Shown one piece after another: positions 52,268 to 64,000 of a stretch of 64,000 nt of DNA. Each line of letters begins with the position of its first letter. Within the stretch, counting starts at the first letter, position 1. The DNA lies in NCBI GenBank assembly GCA_023515725.1, contig JALDTO010000266.1, forward strand, positions 2,374,217-2,438,216. The letters run 5' to 3'. The notes under the pieces are model-generated. The model saw nothing but the letters and a program-made list of their open reading frames with translations. It did not search any database and was not told the DNA's origin. A program made the translations under genes and the position numbers. This DNA is from Amoeboaphelidium protococcarum X5. Its lineage: Eukaryota; Fungi; Aphelidiomycota.

Positions 52268-53341
52268 ATGACTTCTGTGTTATCATAGTTTGACGCTGGT
52301 CATGAGGATATGATACATGATGCGTAGTTTGACTATTATGGAAAGAGGGTAGCTACCTGCTCTTCAGACAAGTCTATTCATGTGTACAAGATAAACAGTA
52401 CGGACAATTAGGTGGATGCAGGTTCCAAGTAGATTCTCAAAGGTCATGATGGTCCGGTGTGGTCTGTATAGTGGGCACATCCTCAGCATGGCTCAGTTCT
52501 CGTAAGTGGTGGATATGACGGCAAGGTTATCGTGTGGAAGGAGACTCCATCTGCTCAGTCTGTGGGAGCTTAGAAAACAATTTCAACTGGTGGTGGTAGA
52601 TGGGAATAGTTTTTTGTTTATAAGCAATCTTCATCTGTGAATGCCATTGCTATTAATCAGTAAAACTCTGAAGCTCTTGAATTCGCATCCGTGTCCTCTG
52701 ACGGTAAGTTGGTGATCCACCTCTGGGATGCCCAGATTGGTAATTTCAGGATCATAACTGAAGTGGAAGCTCATTACGGTGGATGCTTTACTGCCGCCTA
52801 CAATTGTAATTAGGCTCATGGAGTGTTGATGCAAGTCTAGCAAGAATCTGCTGCACCACATCCATTCAGATTGGTCACTGGTGGTGCGGACAACTTGGTT
52901 AAAGTTTGGAAATAGAATGCCACTACTAAAAAGTATGAACTTGAGCACACTCTCGAGGGACATCAGGACTGGGTCAGGGATGTAGCATGGGCACCATTCA
53001 ACCCCACTGATTTGATTGCCAGTGGCAGTACAGATAAGACTGTACTGATCTGGAAGTATGATGATGCCACACAGACGTGGAAGAGATCCAATTTGACTTC
53101 GAAACCATTTGCAGACACTGTGTGGAAGGTGTCGTTTAGTAGCTCTGGTGGTTATGTTCTCGGTGTCAGTGTGGGTGAGAGCAAGGTATTTCTGTACAGA
53201 TTGAACTTTGATGAAAAGTCTGGTGAACCCGTGTGGGAAAACATTGGTGAAGTTGATGAGAGTGGCGCGTAGTCTCGCAGTAATTCAGTCACTGCCACTT
53301 CACCTCAACAACAATAACAACCTTTGACTAGTGGTCGTTGA
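52268..53341 (+). CDS. SEC13: COPII/nucleoporin WD40 protein Sec13
   Basis: '[23 protein letters not shown]', '[14 protein letters not shown]' and '[15 protein letters not shown]'. Confidence 0.95.
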
Positions 53342-53800
53342 ATATATCTGACTGTAAGAGAGAGTGTGTGTGCCTCTTCTAAATAATTCTTATTCTTTAT
53401 TTTTTAACTGTTAAACTGTTGTATAATTAGTGGCTAACTGAGGAGTTCAAATTACCAGAAAGCGCATCAAAGGCGATCACAAATCTCCACACGCCCGGTC
53501 GCTTTGCTAAGCTTGAAAGAGAGTTCGTTCAGTCAAACGTGGTTTTCCGTCGCGTCGTGTCATTTTCTCTCCTTTTCTGTTCATTTGTTTTGACTGACTG
53601 AACTGACTCCTATTCTGCAGTTCTTCCTTCTGAATATTTTGGTGAACGAGAGATTTCAGTTTATTCTCTCTAATTGACTCATTTCATTCATTGATTGATT
53701 CTTCTGTTATAGTTCATACATACATACTTACACGTTGGTTGGAGAGTGTTATTGAATTAATTCAATCTAAATATTATCGTATATAAAAATTAGTAGTAGT

Positions 53801-54604
53801 ATGTCCTAATCATCAGTTAGAGCTACGAATTAGTCTCCGTCCACTGGAGCATCTAATTCCCCGAGTAAAATGTTTTAATTCAAACTGGTCCTATTAGGTA
53901 TGATTTATTATATAAATATGATTATTTTATTTGAATATGTATACATATTATGTACTTTGTAGGTGAAAGCGCTGTGGGTAAATCTAGTCTTGTGCTTCGC
54001 TTTGTCAAGGGTCAATTTCATGAGTATTAAGAGAGCACTATTGGAGGTAAATGTTGTTATCTTTTGACATATTAATCTTTTGTATATCATGTATTTATTA
54101 TGATTTATATATGTAGCTGCCTTTTTGACGTAAACAGTTATGTTGGATGATGTTACGGTAAAATTTGAGATTTGGGACACTGCGGGATAGGAGAGATATC
54201 ACAGTCTGGCGCCAATGTATTATCGAGGTGCACAGGCCGCCGTGGTGGTGTATGATCTGACGAATGCTGATACTTTTACTAGAGCCAAGTCTTGGATTAA
54301 AGAGTTGCAGAGACAAGCTAATCCTAATATTGTGATTGCGCTCGTGGCGAATAAAGTCGACCTCGGCAGTAAGAGAGTGGTGAGCACTGAAGAGGCTCAG
54401 GCATATGCTGAGGAGAATGGACTGCTGTTCATGGAGACTAGTGCCAAGAGTGGTACGAATGTTAATGAGGTGTTTGTTGCCATTGCAAAGAAGCTGCCAA
54501 AAGATAGTCCTAGAGGTGGTGCTGGTGGTTAAAATGAGAGAGGAAGTCGGGTTAACCTGAATTAGGAAGGCGCACAGGATGGAAGATCTGGCGGATGTTG
54601 TTGA
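53801..54604 (+). CDS. RAB5: Rab5 GTPase; introns 53898-53962 and 54047-54116
   Basis: '[41 protein letters not shown]', '[20 protein letters not shown]' (Q=TAG 54188-54190) and a C-terminal GGCC. Confidence 0.97.
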
Positions 54605-54856
54605 TAAGACGGTATATGTGGGTCTCCTTATAATAAAGGCTTCCTGATTCTATCAGTATTGTTATAGTAATGATCTACCAGTGAGTCTAGCTCTAATGTG
54701 GCGGTAATAAGTCGTTTTTTCTTCATACATTGTATACACATTCTACTACTACTAGACTTTTGTATTATTATAATGGCTGTTCTCATAGAAAACAACTTTA
54801 ATCTAAAGGCACAAATTTTATTCATCATCATAAAGTCATGTCTGTAATAGGTACTT

Positions 54857-57004
54857 TCATCGCGATGATAACTCAGATTTGTCCCTGCCGTTGCCAGATA
54901 AAGACGCTGCGACTTGATCCCCAGATTAGAGACCAGATGTACCACCAGTGGAGGTCTCTGAAGTTGTAGATGTCGTTGCATTAGTTGACGAGTCCAAACT
55001 GACAAAGAAGAGATATGGCACCAGAAATAAAGTGTCCACATTCATAATCATGCACTCCACCACTTTCGTAACAGAGTCATTGGCGTATAGCAAGTTCTCA
55101 GCCTTCTCATCTTTATTGCGAAGGATATTAGGTGCAATAACTATAGATAGATTATTCGCGTTCATATGATTACCACCAGTGGATGAAGTTACTGACTCAT
55201 CATTCGGAGCCGCAATCTACGCCGAGACATCATCCTTCGATGCTTTAGTTGCTATTAGAGAGGAATGCGACTTTATATTAGCAGCAGAAGATTTACTCAA
55301 CTAAGCCAACTCTTGATTTACATCTGCATTATCAGCGACTTTGTATAAAAGTTTAAGCAATGCCTCTAGGACGTGAATGTTACTGTTGGGTAGACAGAAA
55401 GTGATGAGTTTTAAAGCAGATAACAGCTTTTCACCGTCTAACAACTTGGCTGCCTGCACGTAGTAATCATACAGTTTGTAGGTCAGTAATGGATCCGGCA
55501 TCTCTCTGAGAAATTACTTTAGCATACCAGTGACATCGTGAGGCTTCAAATCGTCCACGGTGGAGAGATTTAGTTCCCTGCCAGCATCCACATCATCTTT
55601 CAAGGCTTTTACCTTCCTAGACACACCGCTGATACGGAAGATTCCCTCGACATGAAGTGCGCGATCTAGAAGGTAATCAATAGACTACTTCAGGAAGGAA
55701 GGCACTTTACACGTAGGATCGCGTTCTCTCTCATTTTCCATAACTTGGCGCAATGGAACACCGAATACTCTCTATGGTTCCTATGAGACTTTTGCTGAAG
55801 ATGTTACCGCTGTCTGTGTCTAGTTGGAACTTCTGGATGACGCTAAATCCATCATCATGGAAGCATTAGACTTGGCCCTGGTGAGAAAGCGTTATCGCTC
55901 GGCCAGCTTGGAGAATTGCAGATTATGGTCACAGCCTTCAAACAACTGAGGCAGGTATTGAATCACATTTTACATTACATCGCGCCTTTCCAACTATGAA
56001 AGTCTAGTGATATGGCTCGAGTTGTCATATGTAGAAGGAGTGGAGAGGACCTGCAGGACATCAACTTTCTTTTACTCCTACTCTTTCCCAGATGATGAAC
56101 CACTAGATTTAAATCCAGCCCAATTCATAAAATTCTCGCTTAGCGACAGTCGTCTCTTTGGAGCATTAACATTGGCTTTACCTTGATCAGATGCCGGCTT
56201 ATCATCTACTACAGCTGCCGCCTGATCCAACTTCTCCAGTCCTGACTGATTACTCCCAACCAAAAGATTACCCATTCCCTGACCAACAGTCATAGACTTA
56301 CCAAATGCATTTCTAGTGGAGCTTACAAAATTCATTTTCCTTTATCCCACCTGTGGCTTCTTCTTCCGAACGCCGAGACTTCTGGTTTACTCTTTGATTT
56401 TCATCACAGTCTTGAAGGCATTATCCTCGCTCTTGATAATCTTCTCGCTGCTATCAGACTTAATCTCCACCAGGTCATAATCACTAGATGGCTTTAGACC
56501 AGTCTTGGCACATATCGCCACTATGAGATCGCTAATCAGCGCAATCTCTCCGAAATTGAGCACGGATTTAAAGTTTACCCCATCTGGAAGACTGACTTAG
56601 ACTTGCATAACTCCGCCAGATGCTGCGGATGGTTAAGCAGTAGATTGTTTTTATTGCGATGTCTATGTGGAGATAGCAGTCGTCGGTTGTGATTACTACG
56701 ATTAGTGCTATAGTTGTTGTTGCTACGGCTAACTGCTATTTATCACAGGCGCCGAATACTACTACTACGACTAACCTGAACCAATATTAGGCTAGATAAT
56801 CGGCTTATTCCTACCGATTGTAAGTTGAGATACTCCATTCAACATCATTTATGGATATACATTTGGATCAGAGTGGCCAGCCGTATCTTGTTTTAAGATG
56901 GAACTTTATAGAGTCGCTGGCTACTAAACTTCTTCCTAACTGACCCTCTTTTACTCTACCTGCACTGGATCTCCACTCGCTATAATATCGCTTCTATCAG
57001 CCAT
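54857..57004 (-). CDS. RhoGAP-domain protein (715 aa) with Gln-rich N-terminus and ubiquitin-like/RA-type segment
   Basis: 'VFGVPLRQVM', 'EGIFRISG' (Arg finger), 'KQFLREMPDPLLT' and 'NHMNANNLSIVIAPNIL'. Confidence 0.88.
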
Positions 57005-57243
57005 TTGATTCTTCTATTAATTTTTAGTTATCTTAATCCACTACAAAAACCCCAAGAACCCTCAAACTAGATTCTATATCACAATAAAGTGTGACCAAAA
57101 GTTGTAACAAGCGGAGGAATCGACCGCTTTTCATTTTTTCATTTGTTGATTGCTCCATAGCGACGTTCTCATTGTATCTATCAGCTTACCGTATATCCTC
57201 GCTTTGGTATTACATTACATTATTATAGATTAAATTTGAAGAA

Positions 57244-57948
57244 ATGCTGATTAATAGTAGTCTTAAAAGGATTTCTGGTATTTAATTCTCTGTCGGACGA
57301 TTCAGTGCTATGAAGCGAATGATATCTTTCGGTACTAGTGGAGTCGCGTAGAAGGACGACGCGTTGAATAATAATAAGGAATCGTCATCAACAAATGCAA
57401 ACACTTCTACAGATGAAGAGTTGGATGATAAGCCTAAATTCGAACACAATCTGATTATTCCAGATTCTTATTTGAAGTCTCGCCCGGCGATCGAGGTGCC
57501 TAATGTGAGAGCTCGATTTAGAGAGTAGATTTGTAAGACGCCCGTGTTGTTCACCAGTACAAAGAAGCTAAATCTGCTCGCCGATCTGATTAAAGGTATG
57601 GACGTGGAGTAGGCTATACTGTAGTTGATATTCACTCCGAAGGGATACACTGCTGAGATATTGTGGGCATTGAGAGAAGGCTGCCGTATTATTTAAGATG
57701 TATAACGCGCGGATCCTAAATAGTTCTACGTTGCTTTTGCATACACTGAGCGCGGTCCGTACACAAAGTCGGTTTAGATCAAAGGCAGAGGTCGCATGGG
57801 TATCGCTCGTCATCCGCAATCGTAGATGGTTATTATGCTCAGGGGAAAGGCATTCAAGGAGGAGATGGCTAAGAATAAGTCTGGGAATGCCAGAGCCGAG
57901 CCACCACGGCCTGATCGTCCTATCATAAACGCTAGAATATAGATTTGA
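57244..57948 (+). CDS. MRPL22: Mitochondrial ribosomal protein uL22m
   Basis: Basic presequence, 'STKKLNLLADLIKGMDVEQAILQL' and 'KGRGRMGIARHP'. Confidence 0.85.
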
Positions 57949-58070
57949 TCGTCATATTTTGATTCTGATAATAATATTTCTCTATTCAAATTTTTTCTTT
58001 CATACAATCATCATTAAACATTTTGCATATCAATATGTCATCGTAACTCCATCCATCAAAGGCGGTCCCA

Positions 58071-61000
58071 TCATGAATATTATAACCGAAGTTGTTCCAA
58101 CAGCTTCTCAGCGTCCAAAGCCTGATTTTCCTACTTGAGTAGACGTGATTCTCTCTTATACTCTCTCCGATCTGCAGCGTTCTTCTTCATGACTTCTCCA
58201 TTCTTGAGTGATGATATCAAATCATCCATGACACCGCGCCTATTTGTATCACCGAGAACTTGTTCTTTGAACTTGTTCTACCTCTCCTCTTTACGCTTCT
58301 TCTCCATAATTTCGAGCTCTAAAGCTTTACGCGCCAGTTCTTCATCGCGTTCATTCTCTTTGCGGGCTCTATCAAAGCTCTGCAGGAACTGAGCGAATAT
58401 CAAAAAAATTGACTCAATTGGAGTCTTGTCCTCTTCTCCAAAGTAGTCATAGACTCCTTTAACTGCTGCCTCGCAGTCGGTTTTCAACTTCTCCAGAGCA
58501 GTGTATTACGCGGAGCTGATGCCCAAGAATGTCTTCATCACTGAGTAAAATTTGTCCTTCTGATCATCGTTATCTGAGTGCAGGTCGACCTCATTCCTAA
58601 GACTTTCCATACCCCTCTTCAGATCCATAAACTCTGCCATAACCGCTTACAACTGCAACTTGGACGCCTTATCCACACTGGACAGTTCGTCAGCAAAGTT
58701 CTTCAATTCCAGAAATCGCTTGATGATAAGAGTGTCCAAGTAGTTTAGGAATGTCCCTTTACCATTGGTCCTAATATCAGCCAGCTTTCCTATAGTGGTG
58801 ACTTTGAATCCAAAGGCGTTACCTTTGAAAGAGTTGCTATTCATAAAATTACCTATCCACAGTACTATCTCCAGCAGTCGCCGCAACTTGGGACTGTCAG
58901 TTATCTCCTTACTTGCACTCAAGATCGTTTGCAGTTACTTTGTCAACTCTGCAACTCTGTCACTGAAATGCCTTTTGAACAGCAGCGACTTTAATCTCTA
59001 CTCATACCGACTAATCTTCATAATCTCAATGTAAAATTACTCTGGCTTGCCTAACCGGCCATACTGATCCAAGTTCTCAGTAAGCATAGTCTACTCTTCT
59101 TACGTGGGAATATACAATAGTAACTATCGAATAAAGCTTTCAGAGAGCAAATCTTCAGATAAACCAAGAATCGCTAATCTAATCTCAGGATAGGTCATTT
59201 TGATGCGAGATAACATGATTGACATGTTGTATGACTTTTTAGCATCCAATAAATTAATGACTTTGACCTCTTTCTCGGTGGAGCTATCCTTCTTCTTCTC
59301 AACAACCTTGTCTACTATGCCAAACGTATTCTCGATCTCTGAAAAGTCCAACTACTTTTGAAGAATTTCATTATCATGCAACTGCTACCAAAAAGTGCTA
59401 CCAAGATTATTCGATGCCAGCTTATCCCACTGCATTTAACGCATCTTTGACTTTGGTTGCGTTATAAGTCTCGACTTCTGCTATTGTTATTGACCGCCTA
59501 AGGATGGCATTCCCGGGAAAGGTGGCGGAGGAGGAGCGTTGGGACTCATCATAGGAGGTGGCGGCGGAGGAGGAGCTGCAGCATCTGTACTATCTCCATA
59601 CGAGTCGAAAATATCTTCTTGATCCTAATCGCCGTCTTGATTACCTGAACCTCCCGACTTATCAACACCATCCTTGCTCGCCTGGCCAGCAGAAGTGGTG
59701 TCAGTGAGCGATCGCTCAGAGTCGGTGCGCGTGAATGAAGTTCCAATATTCTTGATAGCCTACTACTACTATTAAGCCTTCATATGTTCAATACTGTTAT
59801 TGATAGAAGTTTAAATAAAAGATTTCAAATCCGAACTAACATCAAACTGAGACGGGAACTTCCACTCATCCACGCTAATCTTACCACCGATAACAGGATT
59901 CTTATTACGGTCGTGTCTCAACTCCTAGATCTTTGTAGCTTGCAACTCCATCTTATGCTACTGAGCCATGATATCACTCTCCAATTTAATAACCTGTTCC
60001 TACTTCGAAGACAATTACTCTTTAGTGGAAGTCAACTCCTGCTCTCTTTCTATCAACAGCGATTGCACGGTCTCCATATCTTTGCCAAACACAGACAACT
60101 GTTTCCGCATAGAATCCAAGTCAGCTTGCTACTACTAGAATAGCTCTTCCTTTGCGAAGCCTTCAATGAGTTAATTAATCTTGAAATTGAACTTATGAAA
60201 GTCAAAGTGCAGGCCATTACGTTACATTACCATCTCCTAGACAGCTTGATTGAGAATTTTCCAAAACTACGACTTGCGTGTCTAATCGCCAGCAGTCATA
60301 ACATAGATCTGCTACATCACTCTCAGGAACTGATCATAAGTAGCTTCATCATTCACATTCAACTTGATGGCAGCAAATAGCTAGTCATGATCATTGATAT
60401 CAAATTGCGCCAGATTAGGAAGATCATGATTAAGATCAGCAAAATCATTGGCAGCTTCATCCTCGAAAATATAAATCTGATTATTTAAATCACTTGATCC
60501 AATATCTTTCAAATCGTCAATAACATCTGTGAGGTTCAGACCGATAAACTCATTACGAATCTAAACTCTCACCTCAAGATCTTCCGGCGAGTTGACCAGA
60601 GTGTTCAAAAATACCATACACGACAATCGGTAGTCCAGATCATCGATATGCAGAGTCTGCACGATAGATTAGAATCTAAACTTTTCAAATTTACACTTTT
60701 TAAAGTATTCCATAGCTTCAATCACCAGTTGATGGCCATTCGGGGGTATAACAGACACCGCGCCCAAAAGATCTAAAAGCATAGCCTTAATCTTGATATT
60801 GGAGCAGTCCAATCCTAGTGACAGAACAGATATCGCTTACGGGTAATTGATCATGCCGCTAAGACCAATCGCATTGTTCATAAGAGTTTTAAAGCACCGG
60901 ATCATCTGTATCTGACACTCTCTCTCTTGTGGATCATTGATGATCTTGAGGCAGATCTGTTTAAATAATGTCAATAGTGATCCAATACCATCCTGTGCAA

Positions 61001-61541
61001 TGAAATCACCGACCCAGCTCACCGGTAAAGTTCTGAGGGCGACTTCGAGTGACAGCAGCTCCTTAAGAAGATCACCAGGCACAACTTTCTGCTTAATGGC
61101 TGCCAAATATTGATCCACAGATTTCAAGTTGGTAGCCTGCTCCCCAGCCTTGTGAGTTTTAAACAATTCAATAGTGGTCTTGTGCTACTTCAATAGCATG
61201 AACTTCTTATCGCGAGATAATTGTCTGATGGCTTCAATTTTCTCCCCAGGCAGTCCCATTTCTATAACAACCTGCTCTATTTCCTTGTCCAGAACTGCAT
61301 CGTCAGGCATTTCATCATAGGTGATCTTGCCCAGCTTGTAATCTGCCGCAATTTTATTCTTCTTCTATGTATCCTGATGGTGAGCATTCAATAGCTGTGG
61401 TGTTGATCCAAATTTCCTCAAGGCCTATAGTGGAGATGAATTGCTACTACTACTTGACGTTTATTTCTATTGAGTATTACTTGGCTGAAACTGAGAGCCC
61501 TGTTACGGCTGTTGTGCTTCACTCGAATTCTCTTGACCCAT
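58071..61541 (-). CDS. Diaphanous-related formin (1156 aa): GBD/FH3, short FH1, FH2, DAD
   Basis: 'SLEVALRTLPVSWVGDF', 'CFKTLMNN', poly-Pro near 59510-59580, 'KMRQMQWDKL', 'IGNFMN...AFGFK' and DAD 'GVMDDLISSLKNG'. Confidence 0.93.
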
Positions 61542-62169
61542 TTCAACTTGAACTGGTCAGTGATGTTGATAATATATCTATATCTAGAGATTTAACTATA
61601 TAAGTATTTAGTTGATTAGAAAAATATACTTGATATTGTTGTTATAATAAAACAGAAGGGTAGCAAAATAGTAATTATAGTGGTGGTCAATTGAGTCTAA
61701 TTTTGTTTGTGGTTGCTATGCGAAAAAATGATAGGTGGTGCTGATCAATGTGTGAAACTAAGGTGCCCTTGTACTTGGATCTCATCGCTATCCAATAACA
61801 AGCTCTGACTATTCGTTAAATCTTTTATTACGTTCAAGACACGATGAGGATACGTAAATATAAGCAAGACAATCCTATGCAAAAATGGAACAGTAAATAC
61901 CGAGTCTGACACGAATACTCTGCGACAAGGAGCGCGGTTCTTCGACGGCAACAAGTAGTCAACAATTATCGATTCTTGGCGTATCAGATTGAGAGCTTTC
62001 ACTAAAATTTGAATAGAGAGAGGACTGTACAAAAGAGCGCAAGACGAGAAACTTTAATCCGACAGAATTGTTTCAACTCCGCGCGTAAAGTGCAAAAGTG
62101 GAAACGTTTCTTTTTCGTGGATCTTTCAACAGTTACGTACGTGTCTCAGTTGGTACACGCTTAATATTC

Positions 62170-64000
62170 ATGTAAACCCCTCTTAAAAATTGGGCTTTGG
62201 ACTATGACAGCCCTGTGAATGAGCATACTAATACTCCTTAGTTATTCAAGGTGACTTTTGATGATGATTTTATGAATGTTGAAGATGTTTAGGATAATGA
62301 AAATGATGGAGGTGACCGAGTTAACGATGAGAACAGATTGTATACGTAGAATATTGAAGATGGTACCGAATCAGAGTCTGCAAATCAGGATGTCACAGCT
62401 TCTGAGAGTATCATGTAGTAACCTGCTGTTGTTGATGTCACTGCTTTGTAAATGAGTGGGAGATAGAAGAGAAAAGCTTCGGAGTATGCAAAGAAGCATA
62501 TAAAGCGGCTGTATGTAGATCCATTTATGGATAGAGTTCTCAAGATGGACTTTGGTGATAGAGACGTTCTTCGCACTATTGCTCAGAATCCTAATGCTGA
62601 TGTCACCAAGTATGATAATGATGATTTTGTATATGATGAATAGCGGCGTGAGATGGACGATGAAGATCATGGCGAGTTTAGATCTCCTTCAACGTCAACT
62701 ATTAAGCGAGTCGGTTAATTGTCAGAGAAGTCCACGTTGTCGATATAAGAACTTTCAGGTCGTAAAGTACCAGCTTAAAATGAAGCCAGAAATTCTATGG
62801 GGAGCATTTAGAAGAGAAGGATCAAAATTAATTCTTCAGAGAGGAAGCGGGTTGCTAAAAGTCAGAGTCGTTAACGAAGAGTTGGTAAAGGTGTACAGCG
62901 GAGGAGAGTTGTACGAAGAGCTGCTAACGCGCCACGTCCCAATAGAGATAGTCGAATTGCATCGCGTTCAAAGTCAACGGCGTCTCTGAAGGATATCAAG
63001 CAAGTTGTACGCCGACTAAAGCGTATTCCGTAATCAGAAGTTTGCAAGAAAGCCAATTTGGCAGTGTAATCTTAATACATTTAAAAACGCGATGGTAATT
63101 TGCGGGAGCCTAAGACCAAGAAGGTTGTTCCTAGAAAGAGATAGAATGTTGTTGTTATCAATGAGAGGTCGTTATCTGAATAGTCAAAGTTATGCGTTGT
63201 AGATGTAGCTTCAGTTGGTTAGAGACCGGGCCAGAACCTCAGTGGTCTTTTAGTGAGAAGCTCTGATGAACTATTGACCAAGGCTATTCCTGGTAGGCCC
63301 CCTGATGGATTTATGGCTTTCTTCAGTATAGCTATTGCTAGAATTCGTTCCCAAAAGTCATTTAATGTTGATAAAGTATTATAAAAGTGCCGTACCTATT
63401 CAGTAAACTTGGATGATGGAGATAAAGACTTGTTGATGCAATATTTTGCCACCTTGGAGGCAGAGTTTTATTTAATTGACCATAGAATTGCCGAAATTTA
63501 CTTTTATATATTGATAAAATGGTAATGTTTATTCAATTCTGGTGATTAGTTGAGGCTATTTATTGATCACTCTCTGAAATCTCCATCTAATAATATGAGA
63601 TTAGTCTTATTATCTGTTTTGGTTCGTCTGCGCAATACAGATTCTGAGCGGCTGTGGTAGTTCTAGTAGTAGCATTTGAGCTCTTAAATCGCTGGCAATA
63701 AGCCGTTGGGGCTTAGTTTTCTGTCAATTGTTCTAGAATCACTTTGGTATTCAGATCTAGGACAAGTATTAGTTGCTCCTTAACATTTACCTTCATGTTT
63801 CCTAGTCAATGTATTCGAGATGATTGATCTATAGTAGGCTCTGGTGATAACAATGCAGATCTTTTAGACCAATATGGTGAGGAACAGAGAACATGTCATG
63901 AAAGAGTTACTTTAACGTGTCTTGAGGGCTTAAAGTCAGTCTTCTGCCTCATAATATTTGAATCTTTTCAGACAATTTTTGTAGATGGAAGTTGAGGATA
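62170..64000 (+). CDS. Large hypothetical protein (3'-truncated): acidic then Arg-rich disordered N-terminus, helical C-terminal region
   Basis: Frame 1 is open from ATG 62170 to the window end under table 6. No recognised domain. Confidence 0.7.

Noticed and set aside
61745-62032. 95-aa minus-strand ORF between the formin and the last gene
   Set aside because: Non-ATG start, no motif, and it lies in a divergent promoter region.

Overview
Gene-dense, AT-rich eukaryotic nuclear DNA, not prokaryotic. It uses a non-standard code: TAA and TAG encode Gln and TGA is the only stop (translation table 6). The supplied ORF track therefore shows only fragments, and I re-read the genes by hand under table 6. 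The fungal/opisthokont gene content plus this code is consistent with an aphelid such as Amoeboaphelidium protococcarum (inference). About 34 genes are present. Recognised ones are Piezo, Cwf18, a KHDC4-like splicing factor, a GH18 chitinase, APEH, Ykt6, TPI, ADE4, RER1, an ICP55-like peptidase, a TPS/TPP subunit, Rab6, a USP, MRD1, ELP3, TAT, YAR1, METTL6, eL20, EFM3, an SLC35A transporter, SEC13, Rab5, a RhoGAP, uL22m and a formin. I reconstructed 19 short introns (51-72 nt); all start GTA and end GTAG. The most notable candidates are: (1) a GREB1/TET-associated-type GT-A glycosyltransferase, possibly DNA-base modifying; (2) a secreted GH18 chitinase fused to a lysozyme/lytic-transglycosylase-like domain; (3) a divergent INTS14-like vWA protein; (4) a secreted DUF5995-like protein of probable prokaryotic origin; and (5) decayed PD-(D/E)XK nuclease and PIF1-like helicase remnants between housekeeping genes. 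Family calls come from motif recall, not database searches.
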